Below the pieces are notes generated by a model. The model ran no database searches. It was not told where the DNA came from and saw only the letters and a list, made by a program, of their open reading frames with translations. The position numbers were made by a program, and so were the translations under genes. A stretch of 59,364 nt of DNA, the filler included, from Squatina squatina (Eukaryota): assembly GCA_031763465.1 (NCBI GenBank). It is 3 parts of 3 records of this genome, joined end to end, with 100 filler letters (N's around TTAATTAATTAA, not from the genome) between each part and the next. Parts side by side here need not be neighbours in the genome. Positions count along the whole stretch, not along the records: positions 1 to 19,660 come from JARFOE010000176.1; 2 more parts are not named here. One strand, given 5' to 3'. This document shows, in pieces, positions 1 to 12,626 of this stretch (its first letter is position 1; each line of letters starts with the position of its first letter).

Positions 1-531
1 GGTGCAAACAAGAGCTTGCAAACAGGGGAAGCAAGTATCACTGCTAGTTCCAGCCCAGCCTTTACTGAGATTTATGTTTCACATGAATCTTCCCATTAGA
101 ATATTATTTAAAAGTGTGTACAAACCAGTAATAAGTATGCAACAAGTACAAACATAATACCATACAGCAATTACAATATGAATTGCCAACTGATTTCACA
201 AACATTGACTTTCAATACCTACTTGATTAGAATACAGTAGTCACCACATATTGCATACGTATAGAAAGTTAGTATATCGTGCACTATAACCCAGTGTTAG
301 TGGCAGCCTATCATCACCTTTAAAATTCAGATTCAATAGTCTTGAGAAAGAAAGAGCCTCCACCAGTGTTAGCACCAATCGGTACAGTAAAACAGACCAA
401 AGAGGCAGCATCCCATTTCCAGACAGCCTATTCTGGAGAGGAAGACACCAGCTGGATGCTTTACGGTGGGCGACAGACCCGTACACAAGGCCCAATAAAA
501 GAGTGATCCAGTTGCCACAGCAACTGCCTAC

Positions 532-1624
532 CTGTCAGCAAGACTCTTTGGCTGGTAGGGGACGGTGCTGTTTTGTTTGCTTGTACTCGTACAGCAGCAG
601 GGAGACTGGTCTTCTGTCCTTCTACTTCTGTGCTGGTTGCCTGACCTGGCAATGAACCAGATGGCATACTGACTTTGACAGAGCCACTAATACGCTCTTT
701 CATCTCCAAGGACAGCATGCGCCCTCTGTGCATCCATTCTTGCATTTTGTTGACGGTCACTGCAGGTGGTTTTAAAGAGCATCCCTGACTATCATCCTGT
801 TTGTCACAGACCAGATCACTGGAACCTCTCAACTTATTCACATTACAGCTTGTGTCATTCAACAACATGGCACTACTTTCAGAAGACTGAATCACCTCCT
901 CAACACATTCTGAAGTGTTAACGGAGGGCGGCTGACTGTGATGTGAGCTGCCAGTGTTGCAGGAGGGCTGGCATGCACTCTGAAGACCCCTGAAACTGTG
1001 ATAACGCACACTGCGCCCTGACTGTGCATCTTTCAACTCAGAGTCACGGGGGCAAAACACAGGAGCATAATTAATAACCCCATCGCTTACTGATCGCTGC
1101 AGAGGCGGTCTAACCACCACGCCAACTAGATTGGCAATGCTTTTACTCTTGGCAGACGCAATGTGCTTGCCTGGCAGGGAATCTGGGTCAGATACTTGTT
1201 GCTGGGGGCTAGTCTCATCAGAAGACCAAGAAGTGTCACTACTGTCTCTAACCCTGACTGATGACTGTGTGCAAACGCTATCCTGCGACTGGCAGCTGGA
1301 GGTGCTGGCACCGCCCAGCCTACTGCTTGCCACTGGCATGTCGTGCATGGCATGCATGAGCAAATAATAGGCTTCCTGCAGCTGGCTCCTCAGTCGCTCT
1401 TTCTCCCGGGCACTGTCCTTCCTGGGCCGGCTGCAGGGGCAGCTGTGGGCCAGCACGGTCTCCAGGCGGGACTGCAAGCCCCGGAGCTCGGGCTGGCAGC
1501 AGTAGCCCGGCAGGCGTTGGTTGTCGTAGTAATCCTCCTCCTCCTCCTCCTCTTCATCCTCCTCCTCCTCCTACTTCTCCTGAGATGGTGGAGCTATGCC
1601 CGGTGGCAGTGGCTGCGCCATCAT
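532..1624 (-). CDS. SYDE2: SYDE2 (RhoGAP) 5' coding exon; long N-terminal frame interrupted by TAG at 1573-1571, with downstream ATGs at 1357 and 1348
   Basis: MHDMP..PPLQRSVSD..LKPPAVTVNKMQEWMHRGRMLSLEMK..QRVLLT resembles recalled human SYDE2 (MHDLP..[42 protein letters not shown]). Phase-1 donor ACAG|GTAGGC at 532/531. Order with DDAH1 and COL24A1 fits human 1p22.3. Confidence 0.85.
1533..1572. repeat. (CCT)n/(GAG)n microsatellite encoding a poly-Glu tract on the minus strand
   Basis: Visible tcctcctcc... run; reads EEEEDEEEEEEED in the SYDE2 frame. Confidence 0.9.
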
Positions 1625-1934
1625 TTGTGCAGCATGCAACAAATGACGACAAAAAGGGACACCCGCTCGAGAGTACTGAAGAACTGTCCTCGAGCGGTCA
1701 AGGCAGTGGAACCATTACTTTACCAATCTGATGGTCTGCTCGCTGCCACCACAAAAATGATAATACACTAGAAATATACTAAAGACAGCATGGAATTTCA
1801 CCCCGCGATCTATATTACACTTGTATGGACAAAAATTCACCTTGACAATCTCATTGCTCATAAATTAGTTCTGTTCACTCATGGGATATAAAACAAATTC
1901 CCTGTATTTATTTTACTCAATCTCGGGATAGGAG

Positions 1935-2215
1935 CTTTGCTGGCAAAGCTAGAATTTATTTCCCATCCCTAGTTGTCCTTCAGAAGGTGATGGTGGGCCT
2001 TCTTCTTGATTAGCTGCAGTCCGTGTGGTGACAGCTTCCCACAATGCTTTAAGGTAGAGAGTTCTAGGAGTCTGATCCAGCAACGGTGATATATGTCCAA
2101 GTAGGAATGGTGTGTGACTTGGAGGGGAACTTGGAGGTGATGGTGTCCCTATGCACATACTGCCCTTGTCCTTCTGGGTGGTGGAGGTCATGGGTTTGGG
2201 AGGTGCTACCAAAGA
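1935..2215 (-). mobile_element. CR1-type LINE 3' end fragment
   Basis: cccatccctagttgtccttcagaaggtgatggtg...gacttggaggggaacttg; the same tail recurs at about 18570-18712, 29640-29830, 50010-50260 and 56065-56495. Confidence 0.75.
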
Positions 2216-5200
2216 AATGTGCTGTCCATAGATTAATCCTTTTGTAAATATTCAAACACACCTATATTGTTAAAATTGAAACAGATTTGCATAATCATTG
2301 CTGTTTTTGAAACTCTTGTAATTGTCCCTGACTGACATGCAAGAATTTGCCTTTCAATCCAGAGATGCAGAATACTGGTACCTGTTTAATGTATTATTTT
2401 TTGGTGTTGGTATTGATTTGCCTGGAAACACTTTTTTTTAAATTTTACACCTGTGAAAATGCTGAAATAAGTGGTAGCTGCCACAGCTGTTTAACACATT
2501 ACTCTTCTCCTAGAGATCTGGAATCTGATCAAGCCTAGAGATGGAAGTTAAGTTCTTGTCTTACTGACAACTGTTAAGAACACAAGTGAATTGACTTGTG
2601 GAAGTCTCGATGTTTTCCCTAGTGGGCAGAAGCATATAGGATCTGCTGGCTTTGATTCAGCTTCTAATTAGACTGTCTCGTGCCTCAGAGCTCAAGGGCG
2701 TCAAATGCGCAGAACAATACGTAACTTTTGCAGTAAATGTTGGTATTCTAAATTGATTATTTTCTGATAAGAGTTTGTATATATATAGGTAGTACGATGT
2801 GTCTTTATTTTTTAAATCTTTTTAAGCAGTCTGCCTGAAGCCCAGCCTATGAGTTGCCAGCACTTTCACTCTACTGTCAGCCATATTTGAAAGCAATGTA
2901 AGGTATGTCATACCAGATACATCTTATGTGTAGGTACATAAACGATGGTCATAAATAAGCAGGAATAGATGAAATAATTCCCTATAGAACTTGATTGCAT
3001 TGATATACAATCTCTGAGATGCCTGCAACTCAGCTGCTTTGGATTTTTTTTTATTGCCTGAGTGGAGACGACAGATGCAGGGAACAATGTTTAAAATATG
3101 TAGTTAGAACTAAAGCTTAACTGTTCAAAGCACCATCAAAAGGCTTAACATTGCTGCTGATTACACCACATCAAAAACAGCAATGTCCTGCCCATTTAGC
3201 AACTCCACTGGTTAAACAGGGCCTTGCAAATGATCTCTTTTTCGTTATTATTGTACAAACAAGACGAAAAGACAAAATAATACAACAGTAGAGTGTATTT
3301 CTAATGAGTGAGTGACCTCTATACCACTATTTTATTTACTAAGTAAAAATTCACAATGATGTTTATATTAGTGCATTTCCTCCATTTCCAGCTTCTTCCA
3401 TACATTTAATTTGGAAAACTGAAATAGAAGTGAGTTCCTGTTTGCCATGCCCGAAGCCACAAAAGTGTTTACCCAGTGGCGACCTCATGTGATCTCCATT
3501 CTTGAGAAGATTTTGGGGCAGATATGCCTGCTGCTGTACTGGAGGTTATTGGGTTGCCTTGGTGCAGCAAATACAGGAAGATCAGGCAGGGAGCAGCGCA
3601 CAATATTAGGGAAGCCCATTAAATATTTCTGTATTTGATGCTACCAGCAATCTAATAGCCCAAGGCGCAGGATCAGGAAAATCTGTCCCAATACTTATTA
3701 CTGTGGGATTTCTTGTTACTTACTTAAAACTTGTGGTAAAGCAGCTGAAAATTCGATTTATGTTTAGTTTAGAATATTAATTCCTGGTAGCTTTTAATAA
3801 TGTAAATTTGATTTTAAAAGTTATCAAATTGGTGCCATATATATTTGTCATCATTTTCACTCTTTACCAAACATCAGCTTGTAAACATAATCGTTCAATT
3901 TCACATGCCTTTTGTATACTAAAATAATTCTTAAATTGTACTCTTTGATATTAAATCAATCATGGCAAATCACAGTGATAGCTGGAAAATATGGTCAGTA
4001 TATGTAAAATGTGGATTAAATGTAGTTTCGTTCAAACTTTACTAGTATTGTACATCAAAGAATTTGCTTATTTCATACATACAAATTCTAATCATAAAAT
4101 TGCCCCTGGCACTCACTAATTGCTCCCATTGTCCTGGGACCCATTCACGTATATATCCTTGTATCTTGGAAGAATATTTTTCATTTATCACAGGTAACCT
4201 ATTTTTAGAAGCCCAAGAAGACATGCTTTTTTTGCATGCGGCAGTAGCTGTGATGAATGATAAGACATTAAGACAGCCATTTCCATATCTTGACACTATT
4301 TCAAGAAGGCATATAACTTGAAGACAATTAAACTACTTTAAGGGGAAAGACTTCTTAAATGTGGAATAATCTAACACAATCTTTTAGCTTCTGTGATAAA
4401 ATATTCAATCACTTCTAAAAAATAATTACTGCTTTTATTTCAAATGGAAGCCATATCTAATAACAATTTAAATGTACTTTCCAAGCTTTGCTATCTTCAT
4501 TTAAAGCACTTCACTTTTCTAAATCCATCTGTCAATAAGGCTTTGCATTGGTAATTCCTGAGTATACTGGTTGGATAAAAGCTCAGCGTTGAAGATGACA
4601 GTTCTTTGTAAATGTTTTTAAATGATGTGAAGGTTTGTAAAATATGCAAAAATAAGTATTAACAGTCTAATTATTATACAAAAAATTACTGACATTCAGA
4701 ACACTGCAGGACAGCCTGTTTGTTTTCACATTATTGCACACAGTTCAATAGTTTCATTGACCTACTGTTTCTCACTAAAATCTGCCATGCTTTGTGAACT
4801 TCACTTTCTAATCCCATACAGCCTCCCTGCCTTTATGTTCTTCCTGCTCTCCTTAGTCCCAGAACAGNNNNNNNNNNNNNNNNNNNNNNNNNNNNNNNNN
4901 NNNNNNNNNNNNNNNNNNNNNNNNNNNNNNNNNNNNNNNNNNNNNNNNNNNNNNNNNNNNNNNNNNNTAAGCAGTCTATACAAATAAAGTAGACTGGTGC
5001 AATGTTACAACAATCTAGGCTCACAGCAAAGAGTCTCTATTCAAGGCCATCTCTCAAATGATATCCCTACTTGGCTTTTCAGCAGTGAGTCACAGCTAAG
5101 CCAGCTGTGGAAGAATCTCGTACAGCTGTACTCAGGGGGTACACTTTCTGGAAGGTAAATGAAGGAGCTTCATTGATGCTGTCTGGGAAGACTTAGTGCA

Positions 5201-5319
5201 GTGGACCATCCTATTCTTCTGATCCTGTATAGCGGAGACGGAGAGGCTATTCTGGAAGGTGAGAAAATGGGGAAATACAGAAATCCTCCACCTGAAATGA
5301 AATAATGGATGATCCAAAC

Positions 5320-5735
5320 AAAGAAAGGAAGAACTTGTGTTTATATCTCCCCTTTCGCAACCTTAGGATGTCCCAAAATGCTTTACAATCAATGAAGTAC
5401 TTTTTGAAATATAGTCACCGTTGTAATGTAGGACACTTAATACCAATTAAGTACTGCTGAAGTGTGGTGTATGTTGACAAAGGTGACATCCAAATTGCAG
5501 ATAGCAAGGTTCCACAAACAGCAATGAGATAAATGATCAGTTAATGTGTTGTTGAGGGATAAATTTTGGCTAGGACACTGGAAGAACTCCCCTACTAGTC
5601 CTCAATACTACCATTGGAACATTTATTTAAGAAGGTAGACGGGACATCAGTTTAATATCCCATCTTAAAAACTGCACCTCCGACAGCACAGCACTTTCTC
5701 AGTATTGCATTGAAATGTCAGCTTGGGTAATATGT
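5320..5735 (-). mobile_element. Deu-domain SINE (SacSINE1/LmeSINE1-like), 5'-truncated
   Basis: Aligns by eye with the full copy at 10833-11282 (gatgtcccaaa..ctttaca..aatgaagtactttttgaa; gttgagggataaat; cacctccgacag..cagcact). Confidence 0.75.
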
Positions 5736-8084
5736 ATGCACTTTAGGAGATCTGCTATTACAGAAGGCGCACTGGTTCTTTCCTCAGAATTATTAATAAA
5801 TGGGTTGGAGTGCACACTAGTTCAGGAGGAAAGACAATTGAGCTAATGTCCTGCACAGGTTAGCCAAAGGCCTTCTCAACCACCACTTGAACACGCCTCG
5901 ATCCTATTTCAGACATCTGCCTATAGTGAATTTCCAGCACATTATTCAAGGTCAATTACGTTTCGTATCTTAATAACGAGATTCCCCTACTGCCACAGTG
6001 TCAGTCATTTACCCCTGAAAGATTAAGTTCTCACCGTTCATCTACTGTGTCTGATATCCTCATCACGTTCTGCTCCTATAGATAGCATTGCATCAGCTTT
6101 CACCATTGGGAATGCCACCGTGGTTGCCGCTGCTGGCATCAATAGTTCCAGCGCAGTTGGCAAGACTTCATTTTCATCTCAGTTTTGTCTTGGGACATCG
6201 GTGTGGAGATTACAATAAATCAACAAGAATGCAGCATGATACATCCATATGGCATTTTATTATTAAATAAAAAGGGAAATTTCTGGTAGTTTTCTTCTAT
6301 AAAAAGGGTGATTATTTTGAACAAAATGCCCTCTTCTGGACTTTCCTCCTCCTTGAATACTGCCTTTGATGCAAAATTAAGAAAGCATTTCAGGGTTACA
6401 GGTGTGCAACCATAGAATACCATCTTGTATTTCAGTCACAAGTTGGCGGTTCCTTCAGGAACAAAGTGCATGTCAATGATCAAATTCAATGAGAGCGGTT
6501 AAATGACATTAACAACATCCATGGGTCAGCAGTCATTTCCAAATTGAAGGCGAGCTCCCAGCAGGATTCCTGCCACGAAGGAGGAGCCCGGAGCTGCAAA
6601 ACAGGGAAATTGAGTGGTGCTGCAACAGCACCAGAAGGGACAGCGAGAGACCTTAAAAAGGGGTAGAAGAGTCCTGAAGAAACAGGAGCTTACCAGCTCA
6701 CTTGGCAGAGACAGAGGTCTACACAAGGGGAGCTTATGGGGGCCCTTTTAGAGGGAGTGGACGCTTCCATTGACAAAATTCAAGGACCTTCCAACACTGT
6801 CCAGGCCTACAGTCATTTTTCCACCAGTCACAAGTATTAGTAGGAGGGGTAAATGGGTGAGAAAAAGGACTGGGAAGCGGTTTTCCAGCCCCCTAGTAAT
6901 TACATGCAGCAGACAGGATAAGGGTAGCCAGCGGCAGAGGGCAGTGAAACAGAGCTTTGATGGGTAGGCAGCAATAGGTCTGGCCGGTTTATTCACCTCA
7001 CCCCCACCCCCCATTTTTCGCTGCCATGAACTNNNNNNNNNNNNNNNNNNNNNNNNNNNNNNNNNNNNNNNNNNNNNNNNNNNNNNNNNNNNNNNNNNNN
7101 NNNNNNNNNNNNNNNNNNNNNNNNNNNNNNNNACCGCAAGAAGTGAGGGAGAATTCCTGGAATTTCTGCCACAATCTCCCATCATATCAGCAATAATTAA
7201 TTGGATCTACCTGCAACTCACAGACAATGTCACACACCTATACCCTGGCCTGATTGTTTTTTTTTAAGCTGTCAGGTTTTCTCTCGTTTTCTAGGTTGGC
7301 GTGTATGCAACTTTCTCTCAGCATCTAAAATGCTTACTTTGGGGAAGAAATATTGTTCATTTTTTTTTTCCATATCTGTAGCTGACCTCCCGGAGCAGAC
7401 CCCAGTTGTAAATCATCACTTGTACCACCAGTCGTAAACAGAACATTCCAAATATGCAGAGAATGAAAGACCTGTTGTTTCTAAACCACTGTAAGACACA
7501 CTAAAAGGATCAGCTTGCAGATTATTAACAGCTATGTACACTCCAACAGACTAAACTCTGGCACGGTTACACAATTACCGGGACTCGAAAGCAAGCGCGT
7601 AGCCAGGATTTTATTTTAGGGGGCGGTAGTGAGCACGCAAAGCACGCTCCCTAGGGGGGTGGGTGCAGGGAGGTGCTCAGGAGGAAATTGTAGTATAAAT
7701 AGTGGTTCAAAAACAAACGAAAGGGAAGAGAGTGAAGTAACAGACAGAAATTGTGCTTTAGGCACTACAGGTAAAGGAAAAGCTAAAAGATGTAAAGAGA
7801 TTNNNNNNNNNNNNNNNNNNNNNNNNNNNNNNNNNNNNNNNNNNNNNNNNNNNNNNNNNNNNNNNNNNNNNNNNNNNNNNNNNNNNNNNNNNNNNNNNNN
7901 NNGAAATGCTTGTTCGATCCCACACTCCCAGTAGGAAGTTGTGCTTGCAGGGAGTCGCTCCCTGTGAGTTGTTGGTAGTGAAGGGTCACAGAATCACCCT
8001 AATTAAGTTTTAGTTTCTCGCTGTAGAAGTTGTCCTGTTTGCCTATTAATTCTATTCCATATAACTAAGTGTTGCACTTTACTT

Positions 8085-8310
8085 TAAATTCAACATTTAT
8101 TTACCACCTTTATTATAGTAAATCATTCCAGGACTCTTCACAGGAGGTTTATCAAACTAAATTTGACACCGAACCATATAAGGAGATATTAGGATAGGTG
8201 ACCAAAAGTTTGATTAAAGATGTAAGTTCTAAGGAGCATGTTAAAGGAGGAAAGAGAGGTGGAGAGGTTTAGGGAGAGATTTCCAGAGCATGGCTGCTAA
8301 TGTGGGGAGA
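8085..8310 (-). mobile_element. L2 LINE 3' tail
   Basis: Reverse complement of the L2 end at 54900-55120 (aggagatattaggataggtgaccaaaag..gagaggtttagggagag). Confidence 0.75.
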
Positions 8311-8673
8311 ATAACTCCCTTTCCAGAACAAGTGCGTTCATTTCCTATTTTCATCTTCCACCCCAGTTAGTTTTGTGTTCTGTCTGATTGAATCTGCCAG
8401 TTTGCTGGTAAATTCCATGTTGTGGGCCAGTGCCCACTATGTCCCGGATTGCCTCAGCATATTTCACATATTATTTAGCAGAAAGTTAATAGAAAACATT
8501 TCTTAATAATGCCATGTCACTGAGCAGTACTGGAGAGCATTCTTATTTGATTTATTTTGAGGAATTGTGTTGANNNNNNNNNNNNNNNNNNNNNNNNNNN
8601 NNNNNNNNNNNNNNNNNNNNNNNNNNNNNNNNNNNNNNNNNNNNNNNNNNNNNNNNNNNNNNNNNNNNNNNNN

Positions 8674-8880
8674 AACCACTCCCTGTGGGAGCGAGTTCCA
8701 CATTCTCACCACTCCCTGGGTAAAGAAGTTTCTCCTAAATTCCCTGTTGGATTTATTAGTGACTCTCTTATATTTATGGCCCCGAGTTTTGGACAACCTC
8801 ACAAGCGGAAGCATCTTCCCTATCAAACTCTTTCATAAGACCTCCATCAGGTCATCTCTCAGCCTTCTCTTTTCTAGAGG
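8674..8880 (-). mobile_element. CR1 LINE ORF2 C-terminal fragment
   Basis: KTRGHKYK..RRNFFTQGVVRMWNSLP, the typical CR1 ORF2 end. Confidence 0.85.
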
Positions 8881-8887
8881 CATCTTA

Positions 8888-9022
<135 letters not shown>

Positions 9023-9190
9023 TCAAAGAACCGTGTTGGAATTGCATCAGTCACAGGGCTCAACTACCTGTAAACAACGGCACTTTTACACTGATTACAG
9101 CAGGAGTTCGCTATTCCCACTGCTACTACAACTGATAACTGCACACCTTGCAACCCACTACCGACTGTCCAAATCTCTACCACCTGGGGT

Positions 9191-9359
9191 TAGGGTTGCC
9201 AAGTCCAGGAATGTGCCTGGAATCTCCAGGAATTGAAGTTTCATCTCCAGGGCACTGCTGTAAGCAAAAACCTCGGAGAAAAATCATCCGGGCGTTAAAA
9301 AAAAATTATTTTATTGTTCATTTACTTTGAACACCTTTGCTTATTAGTTGGAGACTGGG
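9191..9359. mobile_element. Left end of a non-autonomous hAT-type DNA transposon
   Basis: Begins TAGGGTTGCCA (hAT/Blackjack-like terminus) with repeated (tc)tccagg subterminal motifs; the other end is lost in the gap. Confidence 0.45.
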
Positions 9360-10832
9360 NNNNNNNNNNNNNNNNNNNNNNNNNNNNNNNNNNNNNNNNN
9401 NNNNNNNNNNNNNNNNNNNNNNNNNNNNNNNNNNNNNNNNNNNNNNNNNNNNNNNNNNNTAAGAAGTTTATTGTACAATTAAATGGCAAATATGTGGGAC
9501 TCAAATATGCACGGAAGATGGAAAAAAAACTAAGCTCCAGCTAGTCTTGGATGCAGTAACCAACAGACGTACTGTTGGATACCATGACAACAGACTGACG
9601 TCTGCTGTTGGATACAACTCTTTGGAGTCGCATGAAGACCAGCCACAATTCTATCACCGCCATATCCCACGAGGTGGAAAAGCAACATCTTCTTTAGCAG
9701 CAGTTGTGTGTGTGTGTTGTGTGTAATTATCCCACAGACATACGACACACATACATGTACATGGAGATAAGCACGTACGTGGTACAGTTTCTGCAAGCAC
9801 TGGGCGATTCATTGAACTAAAAATAAAACAAGGCAGGACGAAGCCCGAGTGTGAGCTCATGCACAACTGAGAATCAGCACGAGTGGGCTGGAAGTACTTA
9901 AAGGAAAACAGATGCAGCAGTAGTAATATTACTCTGCGCCGCTGTCAAGGGCTCAGAGGGCATCCCTTTTACATGAGCACTAAATAAACGCAAGCAGTTT
10001 TGCACTCCTCTCGTGAGCATGCACAACGTGAGGCTAGCTGTACGATGTGCGGCTTACAACAGCAAAATGAAAAACTGATTCAACTGAAATTATAACCTGC
10101 ACAGTAATCCATTAGGAAACATAGAAAATAGGNNNNNNNNNNNNNNNNNNNNNNNNNNNNNNNNNNNNNNNNNNNNNNNNNNNNNNNNNNNNNNNNNNNN
10201 NNNNNNNNNNNNNNNNNNNNNNNNNNNNNNNNAGCTGAGACTGAGGGAAGGGTGAACCCTCATGGTTTTAAATGAAAGCTTCAATTTATTGGAGCGAGGA
10301 AATAGCTTCATTTTGGAGCATAGTTTTTTGTTCCCACTTTTTGTTCCATTTGTAACAAAACGATGTATATTTGTGTTATTATATAATGTCTTATCGTGTA
10401 TTCTTAGCAACGTATTGTCTTTTATCAAGTGCTTGTGTGAAAACATGGTTGTAATTGGAAAATGTAAACGTTCAGAGTTCCCGTGCAGGGAAATGCTTAC
10501 ACAACCCGCATGTGGGTCACAATATTTCCTTAAGTGAGCTGAATGGCTCGCGTTCAGTGGCAGCTAATAACCAACTGTGTTAAAGCTATAGCTGTCAATA
10601 TGCGTAGCAGGGCAAACCAAATCAGTTATGTTAAATCCTGCAATTTATCCATTGAATGTTGCATTATTTATCAAAAGTGTAGCAAATTCTATTGGGATAC
10701 AAAAAAATGTCATACTGGAATGAAATGTACATAGATTTAATTTTTTTAAGAGGAAAAAATAAACAATTTATTTATGGAACTGACTTCTAGTATATTCTAC
10801 TCAATTCTGTTTAAGGTGTGACACCAAGATGA

Positions 10833-11282
10833 GAGAAAGACTTGAATTCCTATAGCACCTTTCATGGCCACTGGATGTCCCAAAGTGCTTTACACCCAGT
10901 GAAGTACCTTTTGAAGTGTAGTCACTTGCTGTAATGTAGGAAACTCAGGCAGCCAATTTGTGCACAGCAAGCTCCCACAGCAACATGACAATATCTTCTG
11001 TTTTTTAGCAATGTTGGTTGAGGGATAATTATTGCCTGGGAGAACCCCCTGCTCTTCTTCGAAATAGTGCCATGGGATCTTTTACGCCCACTTGAGAGAG
11101 CAGACAGGGCTGTGGTTTAACAGCTCATCTGAAAGGCAGCACCTCTGGCAGTGCAACACTCCCTGAGTACTGCACAGGAGTGTCAGCTGAGATTTTTGTG
11201 CTTCAAGCCTCTGGAGTGGGATTTGAACCCACAACCTCCTGACTCAGAGGTGAGAGGGCTACCCACTGAGCCACAGCTGATG
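10833..11282 (-). mobile_element. Near full-length tRNA-derived Deu-domain SINE (SacSINE1/LmeSINE1-like)
   Basis: Minus strand has Pol III A box TGGCTCAGTGG and B box GGTTCAAATCC, then a central Deu-like region and an L2-like tail. Confidence 0.85.
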
Positions 11283-11469
11283 CCAAGTATGAGTCTTGGA
11301 CTGAAGTGACAGGTGCCCATCCAAACAAGGGACTGAAGTGAAATTTTCACATCCCTGATTGTTCCGAATCAGACTTTAACTGTTCTAAAACATCAGATGG
11401 TAATTAATAGGAACCAATCAAGCAGCACTCTCCAAATTAAACAATGTAGAACAAGGAGGACTGGGGTAG

Positions 11470-11505
11470 GAGGCAGGCATGATAACCGAGGCAGGCATGA
11501 TAACC
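11470..11505. repeat. Perfect 18-bp tandem duplication
   Basis: GAGGCAGGCATGATAACC x2. Confidence 0.9.
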
Positions 11506-11950
11506 AAGACAGGAGATTGTTAGCGCACAGTGGATCCTATTATAGCTTCTAAAAGGGAAGAGGATGAACACTTGCAAAAGAATAATTATTTTAAAGGATA
11601 TAGAGAAAGGGGTGGAAATTTGGATTTAAAACATGGAGCTAATATGGTTAATAAAATCACAGCGCAGACTGAGTAGGCCTACTCCTGTTTTAACTGAATG
11701 GAACTTTTATACTCAGAAAATCACGGGGATGATGCCTATGATTTCCCATTATGCACTCCATGTGGACAGCATATTTTCGTAAAATCGATGCTATGTTCCA
11801 ATAAGTTGCATCTATCTTATGCTGCTGATTCTAATAGGGTTTGATATATGCTGATTTATAATTCATTCATCAACAAGGCTATAGAGCTAAAAACAGCCCT
11901 TTCCAAAATCAAGCAGCACAAACCAACAATTGAGATTATGGGGTACAGAA

Positions 11951-12335
11951 GCATGGCGGTTATGTTACTGGATTAGTAATCCAGGGGGCTGGACTAATGA
12001 TCCGAAGACGTGAGTTCAAATCCCACCATGGCAGCTGGGGAATTTAAATTAAGTTAGTTAAATAAATCTGGAATTAAAAAGCTAGTGTCAGTAAAGCTAG
12101 AATCAGTAATGTTAACCATGAATCTGCTGGATTGTCGTAGAAACCCAACTGGTTCACCAATGTCCTTTAGGGAAGGAAATCTGCCTTCCTTACTCGATCT
12201 GGCCTATACGTGACTCCCACAGACTCTGAAACGGTCTAGCAAATTATACCCACTCAGTTGTACCAAACTGCTACGGCAAAGTCAGCACAATCTGCTGCTC
12301 ACCACCACCTTCTCGAGGGCAATTAAGGATGGGCA
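11951..12335 (+). mobile_element. tRNA-derived SINE with CR1-type tail (resembles SlmI/MetaSINE-type elements)
   Basis: B box gagttcaaatccc; core actggttcaccaatgtcctttagggaaggaaatctgcc; tail accaccttctcgagggcaattaaggatgggca shared with CR1 ends in this window. Family name from memory. Confidence 0.65.
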
Positions 12336-12435
12336 NNNNNNNNNNNNNNNNNNNNNNNNNNNNNNNNNNNNNNNNNNNNNNNNNNNNNNNNNNNNNNNNN
12401 NNNNNNNNNNNNNNNNNNNNNNNNNNNNNNNNNNN

Positions 12436-12626
12436 GTAGTTGATGCGCGTAGCATAGACGCATATAAGGGAAAACTAGATAAACACATGAGCGAGAAAGG
12501 AATAGACAGTTATGCTGATAGGGTTACATGAAGAGGGGTGCGAGGTGACTCACGTGGAACATAAGCACCGGCATAGACCAGTTGGACCGAATGGCCTGTT
12601 TCTGTGCTGTACGTTCTCTGTAATTC
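12436..12626 (+). mobile_element. CR1 LINE 3' end
   Basis: YKGKLDKHM-type ORF2 end, then ggaccgaatggcctgtttctgtgctgt and a short-repeat tail. Confidence 0.8.

Noticed and set aside
1343-1771. 142-aa plus-strand ORF with a poly-Leu membrane-like stretch
   Set aside because: Antisense shadow of the SYDE2 poly-Glu exon.
5130-6525. Several short ORFs and splice-like sites between SYDE2 and DDAH1
   Set aside because: No resemblance to BCL10, C1orf52 or any protein I recognise; frames close quickly.
7338-7488. Minus-strand exon-like segment reading WFRNNRSFILCIFGMF...
   Set aside because: It hits a stop after a 10-A run, an alternative frame is equally open, and I recognise no homolog.
11200-11282. 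tRNA-like A and B boxes (also near 11960-12030 and 18060-18125)
   Set aside because: SINE heads continuing into SINE bodies, not tRNA genes.
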